DNA from: an uncultured delta proteobacterium
GTDB lineage: Bacteria > Desulfobacterota > Syntrophia > Syntrophales > UBA5619
NCBI GenBank assembly: GCA_963817385.1
Contig: CAWFOM010000027.1
Location: 1-64,000, forward strand
Direction: 5' to 3'
Length of the DNA: 64,000 bases
Below the pieces are notes generated by a model. That model ran no database searches, was not told the origin of the DNA, and saw only the letters and a list, made by a program, of their open reading frames with translations. How positions within the stretch are numbered: the stretch's first letter is position 1; each line of letters begins with the position of its first letter. The translations under genes were made by a program, and so were the position numbers. Shown here piece by piece: positions 50,957 to 62,038 of this stretch.

Positions 50957-52339
50957 ATGCTGGATCAAGCCGTCAAAGACGAGCTCAAAGCGATTGTGGG
51001 CGCGGGGAGGTACTTCGACAATGAGGAAGATCTTCTCCTGTATTCGTACGACGCCTTCATGGTTCAGGGGAAGCCGGATGTGGCGCTTTTGCCGGTCAGC
51101 ACGGAAGAGGTTTCCCGGATCATGAAAGTGGCTTCCCGGGAGAAGATTCCGGTAACCGCCCGGGGCGCGGGGACCAACCTCGCCGGGGGGTCCATAGCCA
51201 CCCGGGGAGGCATCGTCCTGTCCTTCACCAAGATGAATAAAATACTCTCCATCGACAAGGAGAACCGGGCGGCGGTCCTTCAGCCCGGCGTGATCAACAT
51301 GGAGTTCCAGCAGGAGCTCACGAAAAGGGGGCTGTATTACCCTCCGGATCCCGGATCCATGGCGGTTTCGACCATGGGCGGAAATGTGGCTGAAAATGCG
51401 GGCGGACCACGGGCGGTGAAATACGGCGTCACCAAGGACTATCTCCTCGGCTTGGAGGTCGTCCTCGCCTCCGGGGAGATCCTGCGCACCGGAGGGAAGA
51501 CCCTCAAGAACGTGACGGGGTACAATCTGACGCAGCTGTTCTGCGGTTCGGAGGGCACCCTGGGTTTGATCACCGAGATCACGGTGAAGCTGATCCCGCT
51601 CCCCGAGACGAAAAGGACGCTCCAGGCCGTCTTCAAGAACCTGAGCGATGCCGGAAGGACCGTCGCCAGGGTCTTCGAAATCGGCATCCTGCCGGTGGCC
51701 CTCGAGATCGTCGACAAGGTTTCCCTCAACATCATCGAGGACTATATGCATCTGGGTCTCCCGCGCGAAGCGGAGGCCCTTCTGTTGATCGAAGTCGACG
51801 GCCCGGAGGCGGCGGTGGCAGGAGAATCGGAACGGCTCACCCTGCTCTGCCGGGAAATGGGGGCCCACGAGGTGAAGGTCGCCAGGACCGTTGAAGAGAA
51901 TGACGAGATCTGGAAGGCCAGGCGTTCCGCGTACGGAACGGGGGCGCGGCTGAGACCCACGGCGATTGCGGAAGATTGCACGGTCCCCATAGGGAATCTG
52001 GTTGCCATGTTTCAGGCGGTGGCCGAGATTGCCGAGAAGTATCAACTGCTCATTCCGGTGGTCGCCCATGCGGGAGACGGGAATCTCCATCCCATGATCC
52101 TCACGGACAGCAGCGATCAGGAAGAGATGGCGCGGGTGCTCAAAGCCATGGACGAGATCTCGATCAAGGCCGTGGAACTGGGGGGCACGCTGACCGGAGA
52201 GCACGGCATCGGGATCGCGAAAAGGGAGATTCTCCCCTTTGAAATCGGAGAGGTAGCGATGGCAATTACGCGGAATATCAAGAAGGCCTTTGACCCGTTG
52301 AATATTTTAAACCCGGATAAAGTGGTCCGGATCGTATAG
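50957..52339 (+). CDS. glcD: FAD-linked 2-hydroxyacid (glycolate/D-lactate) dehydrogenase subunit
   Basis: Motifs RGAGT, YPPDP, NAGG..AVKYG, GSEGTLG, HAGDGNLH and GEHGIG. Confidence 0.88.
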   Translation: MLDQAVKDELKAIVGAGRYFDNEEDLLLYSYDAFMVQGKPDVALLPVSTEEVSRIMKVASREKIPVTARGAGTNLAGGSIATRGGIVLSFTKMNKILSIDKENRAAVLQPGVINMEFQQELTKRGLYYPPDPGSMAVSTMGGNVAENAGGPRAVKYGVTKDYLLGLEVVLASGEILRTGGKTLKNVTGYNLTQLFCGSEGTLGLITEITVKLIPLPETKRTLQAVFKNLSDAGRTVARVFEIGILPVALEIVDKVSLNIIEDYMHLGLPREAEALLLIEVDGPEAAVAGESERLTLLCREMGAHEVKVARTVEENDEIWKARRSAYGTGARLRPTAIAEDCTVPIGNLVAMFQAVAEIAEKYQLLIPVVAHAGDGNLHPMILTDSSDQEEMARVLKAMDEISIKAVELGGTLTGEHGIGIAKREILPFEIGEVAMAITRNIKKAFDPLNILNPDKVVRIV

Positions 52340-52373
52340 TCAACAGCCTGTTACACGTGCCTGGAGTTGGTGG

Positions 52374-53651
52374 ATGGATCCTCAGGAAATGCAAGCAACG
52401 AAGGATATCGTGGATCACTGCAACAAATGCGGGCTCTGCATGTCTGCATGCCCCGTTTACCAGCAGGTATTGATCGAGGCCGCGAACCCCCGGGGCAGGA
52501 TTCAACTGGTAAAGTACTTCCTGGACGGGAAAATCCCCCTTACGAAACGGTTTAAGGAGATCATCCTTACCTGCCTTCTGTGCGAGACCTGCGTGGTGAA
52601 TTGTCCGAGCGGCGTGCGACACGATCAGGTCTTTAACAACATGCGGGCGGAGCTGGTCAAGCAGTACGGCCTCAATTGGAAGAAGCGCCTGGTTTTCAAT
52701 TTGCTGACCAACGAGAAGTTGCTTCATTCATCGATCATCTTTGCCAAGCTCGGCCGAAACTGGCTGATAGAGAACCTTGCGAAGGGGATGCCGATCGGAA
52801 ACATTCCCGCCGGCAGACTTCCGATGGTAAACCGCAAACCATTCCGCGATCAGTTTGCGGGGATGATCCGCCCCGACGGGGAGGCGAGAGGCCGGGTGTT
52901 CTATTTTACGGGCTGCTTTACCAACTATTTCGCCGGGGACGTGGGTCAGGCGGTCGTCAATGTCCTCAAGAAGCTCCACGTGGAGATCGAGATCCCCGCG
53001 GCCGAGGATTGCTGCGGGATCGCCGCGATCCTCGCAGGGGAAGGAGACCTCCCCCTGAAGAATGTCGAGAAGAATATCTCGACCCTGTCCCGTGCCGAGG
53101 TGGATACCGTACTGGTCGATTGCGCCACCTGCGGCGCCGCCTTCAGGAAGGAGTACATCGACCTGCTGAAACGGAAAGGGATGGACACCACCCAGGCGGA
53201 GATCCTGAAAGGGAAAACCCGGGATGTTCTGGAGTATGTCGCGGAGCGGCTCGATGAGCTTCCTCTGCCGAAGGACTACCATGGAGAGAAGATCCGGGTG
53301 ACCTATCACGACCCCTGCCACCTGGTTCGCGCTCAGGGGGTGAGCGAGGCCCCGAGAAAGATTCTCAAGGCATTGCCCCAGGTCGAATATGTGGAGATGG
53401 CGGAGGCAAACGCCTGCTGCGGCGGGGGCGGTTCCTTCCAGTTCGATTTCCCCGGGGTTTCAAAAGGGATCACGGAAAAGAAGATTCGGCACATCCGCGA
53501 GACGGGCGCCTGCTGCGTCGTTACCGGGTGCCCCGGATGCCGGGTGACGATCGGCGGCAACATGGGCGATGAGGACCGCATCACCGTCCTGCATCCCATG
53601 CAGCTCCTGGACATGGCCCTTTCCGGCAAGGAGCTCGGAAAAATAGCTTGA
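52374..53651 (+). CDS. glcF: Fe-S oxidoreductase subunit (GlcF-like; two ferredoxin motifs and two CCG domains)
   Basis: Motifs CNKCGLC...CP, CLLCETC...CP, CCG, YHDPCH and CCGGGG. Confidence 0.88.
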   Translation: MDPQEMQATKDIVDHCNKCGLCMSACPVYQQVLIEAANPRGRIQLVKYFLDGKIPLTKRFKEIILTCLLCETCVVNCPSGVRHDQVFNNMRAELVKQYGLNWKKRLVFNLLTNEKLLHSSIIFAKLGRNWLIENLAKGMPIGNIPAGRLPMVNRKPFRDQFAGMIRPDGEARGRVFYFTGCFTNYFAGDVGQAVVNVLKKLHVEIEIPAAEDCCGIAAILAGEGDLPLKNVEKNISTLSRAEVDTVLVDCATCGAAFRKEYIDLLKRKGMDTTQAEILKGKTRDVLEYVAERLDELPLPKDYHGEKIRVTYHDPCHLVRAQGVSEAPRKILKALPQVEYVEMAEANACCGGGGSFQFDFPGVSKGITEKKIRHIRETGACCVVTGCPGCRVTIGGNMGDEDRITVLHPMQLLDMALSGKELGKIA

Positions 53652-53758
53652 CAGTCCGGTCGAATTGATTTAAACAGACCACAAATCAGCGATGATCCGA
53701 GCTGCCTCTGCGCAGGCCGGACGGGGACCCGGAAAGGGTACGGAGAGGTTTGATAAAC

Positions 53759-53875
53759 ATGACAGCGGCTGCGGCAATGGCGAACATCAGCTTGATTCTG
53801 CCCATCCTTTTGGGTCTCGCCCTTCTTTGCCTTACACTCAGGAGCCGCCGCCCGTCGTTTTTAGGACTTCCGTAA
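53759..53875 (+). CDS. leuL: leu operon leader peptide (38 aa, 11 Leu)
   Basis: MTAAAAMANISLILPILLGLALLCLTLRSRRPSFLGLP*; GGAGAGG RBS; lies upstream of a terminator and leuA. Confidence 0.8.
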   Translation: MTAAAAMANISLILPILLGLALLCLTLRSRRPSFLGLP

Positions 53876-53899
53876 CCACCGATCAAAAGATCAAAACCT

Positions 53900-53937
53900 A
53901 AAGGCCATGGGCGACAAACCCATGGCCTTTTTTATTT
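53900..53937 (+). terminator. Attenuator terminator upstream of leuA
   Basis: AAAGGCCATGGG-cgacaaa-CCCATGGCCTTT followed by TTTATTT. Confidence 0.88.
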
Positions 53938-53956
53938 CGTGTGAAAGGAGTCGGAC

Positions 53957-55504
53957 ATGCAGCAGGCTACAGGAGAGAGGGTTTTAATTTTTGACACGAC
54001 GCTGAGGGACGGCGAGCAGTCGCCGGGGGCGAGCATGAACCCGGATGAAAAATTGCGGATCGCCCGCCAGCTCGAAAAAATGGGTGTGGATATCATCGAG
54101 GCCGGTTTCCCGGTCGCCTCGGACGGGGATTTCGAATCCGTACGGCAGATAGCGCAGGAGGTTCGGGGATGCCAGATCGCGGGGCTCGCCCGGGCGAACG
54201 CCCCCGACATCGACCGCGCCTGGGAAGCGGTGGCCAAGGCCGCCTCCCCCCGGATCCACACGTTCATCTCCTCATCGGACATCCACCTCAAGTACCAGCT
54301 CAAGAAATCGCGCGCGGAGGTCCTCAAGGAGGCGATCGCCGCGGTCGCCCACGCCTGCGGCTACACGCGCAATGTGGAGTTCTCGCCGATGGACGCAACC
54401 CGGAGCGACCGGGACTACCTCTGCGAGATGGTCGAGGCGGTCATCGCCGCGGGGGCGACGACGGTCAACATCCCGGACACGGTGGGCTATGCGATCCCGG
54501 AGGAGTTCGGCGATCTGATCGCGACGCTCTTTGCGAAGGTGCCGAACATCCGCCAGGCGGTCATCTCGGTCCACTGCCACAACGATCTCGGCCTCGCGAC
54601 CGCCAATGCGCTTGCCGCCGTGAAAAACGGGGCGCGCCAGGTGGAGTGCACGATCAACGGGATCGGCGAGCGGGCGGGGAACAGCGCGATGGAGGAGATC
54701 GTCATGGCGCTCAAGACACGGAAGGACCTCTTCGGTCTCCAGACGGGGATCAAGACCGAGTACATCCACCAGACCTCGCGGCTCCTCACGCAGATCACGG
54801 GCATCCCCGTCCAGCCGAACAAGGCGATCGTCGGGGCGAACGCCTTCGCCCACGAGTCGGGCATCCACCAGGACGGCCTCATCAAGGAGAAGATCACCTA
54901 CGAGATCATGACCCCCCAGTCGGTCGGGATCGCGGATACCCATATCGTCCTCGGCAAGCATTCGGGGCGCCACGCCATCGCCGACCGCCTGAAGGGGATG
55001 GGCTACGGCATGTCCGATGAGGAGATCAACCGGATCTTCGTCCGGTTCAAGGAGCTCGCCGATGTCAAGAAGGAGGTGTTCGACGAGGACCTGGAGGCGA
55101 TTGTCTACGAGGAGACCTCGCGGCACGAGGAGAAATACCGCTTCCTCTACCTCAACGTCGTGAGCGGAAACGCCGCAGTGCCGACGGCGACGATGCAGAT
55201 GGAGGTGGACGGGAAGATGGTCCAGGAGGCGGGTTTCGGCGTCGGGCCGGTGGACGCCACCTTCGCGGCGATCCGGAAGATCACGAAGACCAACTACCCG
55301 CTTCTGAAATACGCCGTTACCGCGGTGACGGGAGGAACCGACGCCCAGGGGGAGGCGACGGTGCAGCTCAAGTTCGACGGCCGCTCGGCCGTCGGCCGGG
55401 GCGCCCATCCGGACATCCTGGTCGCTTCGGCCAAGGCCTATATCAACGCCCTGAACCGTCTGGAGTGGCTGAGCAAGGATATCAAGAAGGTCGAGGTTGC
55501 ATAA
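53957..55504 (+). CDS. leuA: 2-isopropylmalate synthase
   Basis: Motifs [19 protein letters not shown] and [10 protein letters not shown]-terminal regulatory domain (GPVDA). Confidence 0.96.
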   Translation: MQQATGERVLIFDTTLRDGEQSPGASMNPDEKLRIARQLEKMGVDIIEAGFPVASDGDFESVRQIAQEVRGCQIAGLARANAPDIDRAWEAVAKAASPRIHTFISSSDIHLKYQLKKSRAEVLKEAIAAVAHACGYTRNVEFSPMDATRSDRDYLCEMVEAVIAAGATTVNIPDTVGYAIPEEFGDLIATLFAKVPNIRQAVISVHCHNDLGLATANALAAVKNGARQVECTINGIGERAGNSAMEEIVMALKTRKDLFGLQTGIKTEYIHQTSRLLTQITGIPVQPNKAIVGANAFAHESGIHQDGLIKEKITYEIMTPQSVGIADTHIVLGKHSGRHAIADRLKGMGYGMSDEEINRIFVRFKELADVKKEVFDEDLEAIVYEETSRHEEKYRFLYLNVVSGNAAVPTATMQMEVDGKMVQEAGFGVGPVDATFAAIRKITKTNYPLLKYAVTAVTGGTDAQGEATVQLKFDGRSAVGRGAHPDILVASAKAYINALNRLEWLSKDIKKVEVA

Positions 55505-55523
55505 AAGTCGAGGTTGCATAAAA
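55490..55523 (+). repeat. 17-bp tandem duplication spanning the leuA stop codon
   Basis: GTCGAGGTTGCATAAAA occurs twice. Confidence 0.85.
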
Positions 55524-55597
55524 TATGAAGATCCGGTAAGCAAGGGCGGACGTTCCGAGTCACCAAAATTTTCGAATCGCCTAAGGAGAATGAAAAC

Positions 55598-56857
<1,260 letters not shown>

Positions 56858-56887
56858 TTTACAATCGATCAGAAAGGACGTGACGAT

Positions 56888-57388
56888 ATGAAATTCAGAG
56901 GGAAAGTCTGGAAATTCGGAGACAACATCGATACCGACGCCATCATCCCGGCCCGGTATCTCAACATCTGGGACCCGAAGGGCTTGGCCGCCCACTGCAT
57001 GGAGGACGCCGATCCCGACTTCATGAAGAAGATGAAACCGGGGGACATCATCGTCGGCGGGGAGAATTTCGGCTGCGGTTCGTCGCGGGAGCACGCCCCG
57101 ATCGCCATCAAGGCGGCGGGGATCGCCTGCGTCGTGGCCAAGAGCTTCGCCCGGATCTTCTACCGGAATTCGTTCGATATGGGGCTTCCGATCTTCGAGT
57201 CGCGCGAACTGCCCGACCGGGTGGCCGAAGGGGCGGAGATCGAGGTCGATGCCGACAACGGGCTGATCCGGATCATCGGCGGCGCGTCCGAGCCGCTCCG
57301 CATCCAGCCGGTCCCGCCCTTCATGCAGGAGCTCATCGCCGACGGCGGGCTGATGAATCACATCGCAAAAAAGCGGAGGGCGAAATGA
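56888..57388 (+). CDS. leuD: 3-isopropylmalate dehydratase small subunit
   Basis: Motifs [20 protein letters not shown] and SFARIF. Confidence 0.95.
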   Translation: MKFRGKVWKFGDNIDTDAIIPARYLNIWDPKGLAAHCMEDADPDFMKKMKPGDIIVGGENFGCGSSREHAPIAIKAAGIACVVAKSFARIFYRNSFDMGLPIFESRELPDRVAEGAEIEVDADNGLIRIIGGASEPLRIQPVPPFMQELIADGGLMNHIAKKRRAK

Positions 57389-58470
57389 AGGAATATCGCA
57401 TAGCGGTCCTCCCCGGCGACGGGATCGGGCCGGAGATCATGCGGGAGGCGCGGAAGGTCCTCGACGTCGTGGCCGCACGCTCCGGCGTCCGGTTCGCGAT
57501 GGAGGAGGGGCTGGTCGGCGGATCGGCCTACGACCGGTTCGGCACCCCGCTGCCCGAGGATGTCCTGGCGATGGCCGTGGCGAGCGACGCCGTTCTCCTC
57601 GGCGCCGTGGGCGGCCCGAAATGGGAGCCGCTCGACTACAGCCTCCGGCCGGAGCGGGGCCTCCTCGGCCTCCGGTCGGGTCTCGGCCTCTTCGCGAACC
57701 TCCGGCCGGTCGTCGTCTTCGAGGACCTGATCGACGCCTCGCCGCTCAAGCCGCAGGTCGTCCGGGGCATCGATCTCATGATCGTCCGTGAACTCCTGGG
57801 CGACGCCTACTTCGGCAAGCCCCGCGGCGTCCATATCGAGAACGGCCAGCGGGTCGGGATCAATACCATGGTCTATACCGAGGCGGAGATCCGGCGGATC
57901 GCGAAGGTGGGCTTCGATCTTGCCCGGGCGCGGCGCAAGAAGCTCCTCTCCGTCGACAAGGCAAACGTCCTCGAAACGACGGAGCTCTGGCGGGACGTAG
58001 TCACGGAGATGGGCCGCGACTATCCGGACGTGGCGCTCCAGCACATGTATGTCGACAACTGCGCGATGCAGCTCATTCGGAACCCCGGCCAGTTCGACGT
58101 GATCGTGACCACGAACATGTTCGGCGACATCCTGAGCGATGAGGCGTCGATGCTGACCGGATCGCTGGGGATGCTCCCCTCGGCCAGCCTGGGCGCGAAG
58201 ACCGCGATGTACGAGCCCTCCCACGGCTCCGCCCCGGACATCGCCGGGCGGAATATCGCCAACCCCCTCGCCACGATCCTGTCGGCGGCGATGATGCTCC
58301 GCCACTCCTTCGGGATGGAGGATGAGGCGGCGGCGGTTGAAAAGGCCGTCCGCGCGGTCCTGAAGGACGGTTTCCGGACGGAGGATATCCGCCAGGAGGG
58401 TGCCAAGATCGTCGGCACCGTCAAGATGGGGGATCTCGTGGCCGAAAAGACCGGCTCGCTCATGGCATGA
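57385..58470 (+). CDS. leuB: 3-isopropylmalate dehydrogenase
   Basis: Motifs [29 protein letters not shown] and HGSAPDIAG. Confidence 0.96.
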   Translation: MKEYRIAVLPGDGIGPEIMREARKVLDVVAARSGVRFAMEEGLVGGSAYDRFGTPLPEDVLAMAVASDAVLLGAVGGPKWEPLDYSLRPERGLLGLRSGLGLFANLRPVVVFEDLIDASPLKPQVVRGIDLMIVRELLGDAYFGKPRGVHIENGQRVGINTMVYTEAEIRRIAKVGFDLARARRKKLLSVDKANVLETTELWRDVVTEMGRDYPDVALQHMYVDNCAMQLIRNPGQFDVIVTTNMFGDILSDEASMLTGSLGMLPSASLGAKTAMYEPSHGSAPDIAGRNIANPLATILSAAMMLRHSFGMEDEAAAVEKAVRAVLKDGFRTEDIRQEGAKIVGTVKMGDLVAEKTGSLMA

Positions 58471-58506
58471 GCGAGCGGAATCCGAAGCGCTCACGGGAGG
58501 AGGACA

Positions 58507-59088
58507 ATGGGTATTCCAGAGATGAAAGAACGGCTGATCGAGATGATCCTCGAGAGGTCCTTCAAATACAGCGACAACCCGCCCTTCACGCTCGTCTCCG
58601 GACGGAAGAGCAACTACTTCTTCAACTGCAAGCCGACGACGCTCGATCCGGAGGGGATGAACCTCATCGGGGCACTCGTCTTTGACATGCTGGCCGATTC
58701 CCCGGTGACCGCGGCCGGCGGCCTGACCCTCGGGGCGGATCCGATCGCCAATGCCCTGTCGGTCATCTCCTTCCAGAAGGGGAGGCCCATCAAATCCTTC
58801 ATCGTCCGCAAGGATGTCAAGGATCACGGCCTCAAGGACGTCATCGCGGGGAATGTCCAGCCCGGGGATAAGGTGGCGATCCTCGACGACGTAATCACCA
58901 CCGGCGGCTCCACCATCACCGCCATCGAGCGGGCGCGGGAGCAGGGGCTGGTGATCGACCGGGTCATCGCGCTCATCGACCGCGAAGAGGGGGGACGGGA
59001 GAATATCCTGGCCCACGTCAGGCGGGTGGACGCCGTCCTCACCCGGACGGAGATCATGGCCCGGTACCGGGGGAAGCCGGCGGCCTAA
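58507..59088 (+). CDS. pyrE: Orotate phosphoribosyltransferase
   Basis: Motifs FTLVSGRKS, VRK..K.HG and the PRPP site LDDVITTGGS. Confidence 0.93.
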   Translation: MGIPEMKERLIEMILERSFKYSDNPPFTLVSGRKSNYFFNCKPTTLDPEGMNLIGALVFDMLADSPVTAAGGLTLGADPIANALSVISFQKGRPIKSFIVRKDVKDHGLKDVIAGNVQPGDKVAILDDVITTGGSTITAIERAREQGLVIDRVIALIDREEGGRENILAHVRRVDAVLTRTEIMARYRGKPAA

Positions 59089-59138
59089 CGCTGAATTTCC
59101 GGCGAGTCTCTATGTCGCGGCTTGCCTAGACCAATGTC

Positions 59139-59280
59139 GTCATTCCGGCGAAAGTCGGGACCGAATCCAGACGTTACCCCGGCAAATTAGCCACCCACAT
59201 GTCACCCCGGCGGAAGCCGGGGTCCAGTGTTTTTGTATACACATCTGATATTTCTGGATACCGGCTTTCGCCGGTATGAC
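59139..59280. repeat. Cluster of REP-like palindromic elements between convergent pyrE and ribF
   Basis: GTCATTCCGGCGAAAGTCGG..; GTCACCCCGGCGGAAGCCGGGGTCCAG with inverted partner CTGGATACCGGCTTTCGCCGGTATGAC. Confidence 0.75.
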
Positions 59281-59314
59281 ATCTTATCCCCTTACCCTCC
59301 GCCTAAAGCCCCCG

Positions 59315-60247
59315 TCACCGTTCCGCGTGGAGGATCTTCCGGGCTTGGGCGATGTCCCGATCGATCTGGGCGATCAGCTCCGCGGGGCTCGCGAAGCGTA
59401 CCTCGTCGCGGAGCCGTTCGATGAAGAGGACGTCCAGCGTCTTTCCGTAGATATCTTCATTGAAATCGAAGATATGGACCTCGATGGAGAGCTCCTGGTC
59501 GGCGAATGTCGGGTTGAAGCCGATGTTGAGGACCCCCGGGCGGCGGTTTCCCTCGAAGAGGACCTGGACGGCGTATACCCCGCGGGGGGGGACCAGCTCC
59601 TTGTCGGGTTTGATGTTCGCCGTCGGGAAGCCGAGCTCTACGCCCCGGCGGTGGCCGGCGACCACCCGGCCGCCGAGATTATAGGGCCTGCCGAGGAGCG
59701 TCGCGGCGAAGCCGACCTCTCCGGCGAGAAGGGCCTCCCGGATCCTGGTGCTGCTGACCGTTGTCTCTCCGACCCGGACCGCGTTCATCACCTCGACGGC
59801 AAATCCGAGCCGCCCGCCGAGGGCGGTCAGGAAGGCCTCATTCCCCTCCTTCCCCCTCCCGAAGGTGTAGTCGTGGCCGATGATGATCTTCCGGATATGG
59901 AGCTTCTCCCAGAGGACGCCCCGGACGAACTCCTCCGCCGTGGTCCGGGCGTATTCGAGCGAGAAGGGGATCAGGATGAGGGTGTCCATATCGAGGTCCG
60001 CCAGGAGGCGGATCTTCTCTTCCGGGGAAGTGAGGAGGTAGAAGGGGCGCCGCTCCGGGTGGAGGACCATCTTGGGATGGGGTTCGAAGGTAATGACCAC
60101 GGCCGGGCAGTTCTCCCGGCGCGCCTCTTCCGAAAGCCGGTGAAAAATGAGCTGGTGGCCGAGGTGGATGCCGTCGAAGTTGCCGATGGTGACGACCGCG
60201 CAGCGCAGGTCGGCCGGTATGTTTTCGATGCCCCTGATGACGTCCAT
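59315..60247 (-). CDS. ribF: Bifunctional riboflavin kinase/FAD synthetase
   Basis: Motifs GNFDGIHLGH, SSTRIR, GFPTAN, NIG..PT and EVH. Confidence 0.96.
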   Translation of the reverse strand: MDVIRGIENIPADLRCAVVTIGNFDGIHLGHQLIFHRLSEEARRENCPAVVITFEPHPKMVLHPERRPFYLLTSPEEKIRLLADLDMDTLILIPFSLEYARTTAEEFVRGVLWEKLHIRKIIIGHDYTFGRGKEGNEAFLTALGGRLGFAVEVMNAVRVGETTVSSTRIREALLAGEVGFAATLLGRPYNLGGRVVAGHRRGVELGFPTANIKPDKELVPPRGVYAVQVLFEGNRRPGVLNIGFNPTFADQELSIEVHIFDFNEDIYGKTLDVLFIERLRDEVRFASPAELIAQIDRDIAQARKILHAER

Positions 60248-60401
60248 GAACGCGAATCGACCTCCTGAAATATCGACGCTACCATAACATCAATCCCAAC
60301 AATTTCAAGATCAATTGTGACGCGCCGCCGCCTCATTTTCGCTTGACAAGGTCCCGATCCTCAGTGTAGATAACCCCCAAGTTACGTACACCAAGGATAT
60401 T

Positions 60402-60488
60402 GCCGAAGTGGCGGAATTGGTAGACGCGCTAGGTTCAGGGTCTAGTGGGTGTACGCCTGTCCGGGTTCAAATCCCGGCTTCGGCACCA
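60402..60488 (+). tRNA. tRNA-Leu (anticodon CAG)
   Basis: GCCGAAG/CTTCGGC acceptor stem, loop TTCAGGG, long variable arm, TTCAAAT T-loop and encoded CCA; TTGACA at 60343. Confidence 0.96.
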
Positions 60489-60509
60489 AAAGATGAAAAA
60501 TTTTCTCAG

Positions 60510-60552
60510 TGGCGATGGGGAGTTAGAGATACAGTCTAACTCCCCATTGTCA
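60510..60552 (+). terminator. Hairpin downstream of tRNA-Leu
   Basis: TGGCGATGGGGAGTTAGA ... TCTAACTCCCCATTGTCA. Confidence 0.7.
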
Positions 60553-60633
60553 TTTGGGGGACTTTTCCAGGGTGCGCTGATTCTGAAGTGCTTCCTGAAC
60601 TGGCGGGGAGAAAACTGGACGTAAGCTTCCCTG

Positions 60634-61490
60634 TCAAGCAGACAATTGAAAAATAGAGTTTCCGGCGTTCTTTGACAAATATTCCGCTGGCGTCAGGTCG
60701 TCCAGGGAATCATGGGGCCGCTGCTCATTGTATTCGATCATCCACCAATAGGTTGCCTCTCTGACCTCGGCCAGGTTACGGAACAGGTAGAGATCAAGCA
60801 GTTCATTCCGGTACGTCCGGTTAAAGCGTTCAATGTAGGCGTTCTGATTCGGTTCCCCGGGCTGGATGTACTGGATCATCAAACCGGCGGATTCAGCCCA
60901 GGCAACGAATTCGCCACTCAGGAACTCCGGGCCGTTATCTACCCGAAGAATATCAGGCAGGCCCCGCTCCAGGCGCAAGCGCTCAAAGACCCGAATCAGG
61001 CGTCTGCCGGTTATGGATGTGTCAATCTCGATATGAAGCACCTCGCGGTTAAAATCGTCCATCACGTTAAAGGTTCGAATCCGTTTGCCGGTAGAGAGCA
61101 TATCGCTCATGAAATCAGCCGACCAGACCTGATTGGGCAACGGAGGCACCAGCAAGGGCTGCTTAACCCGCTGGGGCAACCGCTTCTTGGCCCGTCGCTT
61201 CTGGTTCAGCTTAAGGTCGCAGTAGACACGGTACACACGTTTATGGTTCCAACCACGGCCGCTTCGTCGCAGCGCCTTGAACGTTTTCCAGAAGCCCCAG
61301 CGGGGGTGACTGTCGATCATCGCATTAATGGCGTCAATAACCTCGGCATCGCCGTCTCGGCCTTGTGGGGGGCTGTAAAACGCCGCCCGGGATAATCCGA
61401 CAGATCGGCAGCTTTGCCGAACAGAAAGCTGGTGTTCGGCCACCAGATAGATCACTGCTTCGCGCTTCTCTGGCGGCCCTAGAGTTTTTT
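60634..61490 (-). CDS. IS3 transposase OrfB (DDE integrase core), expressed as an OrfAB fusion
   Basis: Motifs NHKRVYR, WSADF, DNGPEF and NAYIERFN; joined to OrfA through the A8 run at 61485-61492. Confidence 0.9.
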
Positions 61491-61745
61491 TTCGATCAAA
61501 TCCTTCAAAGCCCGATTTTCCATGGCCATGTCGGCATACATCCGCTTGAGCTGCGAGAGTTCCCGTTCCATCTCTTTCAGGCGCTTCAAATCCGAAGCGC
61601 TCATCCCGCCGTACTTCGATTTCCAGTTGTAGTAGGTGGCATCGGAGATCCCATGGGTGCGGCAGATCTCCTTAACCGGGGTTCCGGCATCAGCTTCCTT
61701 GAGAATGCCGATGATCTGGGTCTCGGTAAAACGCGCCTTCTTCAT
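61479..61745 (-). CDS. IS3 transposase OrfA (HTH)
   Basis: MKKARFTETQII...GISDATYYNWKSKYGG. Confidence 0.92.
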   Translation of the reverse strand: MKKARFTETQIIGILKEADAGTPVKEICRTHGISDATYYNWKSKYGGMSASDLKRLKEMERELSQLKRMYADMAMENRALKDLIEKKL

Positions 61746-61900
61746 AAGAGCCTCCTGGGGGTATTGTGCCAGAAAACTCTACTTTTGACATGTCTACTTT
61801 TTGGGGAAGCTTACGCCTTTATGTGCCGTTATTGCCTGTTATTAAAAGAGTTTTACACTGAATAGTCAAACAGCCATGATTTCAAGCTAGTATAACATAC

Positions 61901-61948
61901 ATACTATTAGTAGTGTAAGTATTTCTTGCAATATACCATATCTTGTGG
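61901..61948. promoter_or_regulatory. Tandem NrdR-box-like operators; the second lies within a TTGCAA-17-TAAGAA promoter (61926-61954)
   Basis: ATACTATTAGTAGTGT (61901) and ATACCATATCTTGTGG (61933) are 32 bp apart; consensus is acaCwAtATaTwGtg. Confidence 0.55.
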
Positions 61949-61962
61949 TAAGAATAACCAAT

Positions 61963-62038
61963 AAAAAAGCCCCAATATATGAGATCGGGGCTAGAACCGG
62001 GTAAAAATCACCCGTGCAGTGGTTTTGGAAGACGTCTA
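61963..62038 (-). ncRNA. Candidate ~75-nt antisense small RNA
   Basis: Minus-strand promoter TTGACA(62074-62069)-18-TATGCT(62050-62045); internal hairpin CGGGT..ACCCG; terminator AGCCCCGAT..ATTGGGGCT-TTTTT. Confidence 0.55.

Larger units (their letters stand above)
60620..61815 (-). mobile_element. IS3 family insertion sequence (~1.2 kb)
   Basis: Terminal inverted repeats CGTAAGCTTCCC...AGACA / TGTCT...GGGAAGCTTACG enclosing orfA and orfB. Confidence 0.92.
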
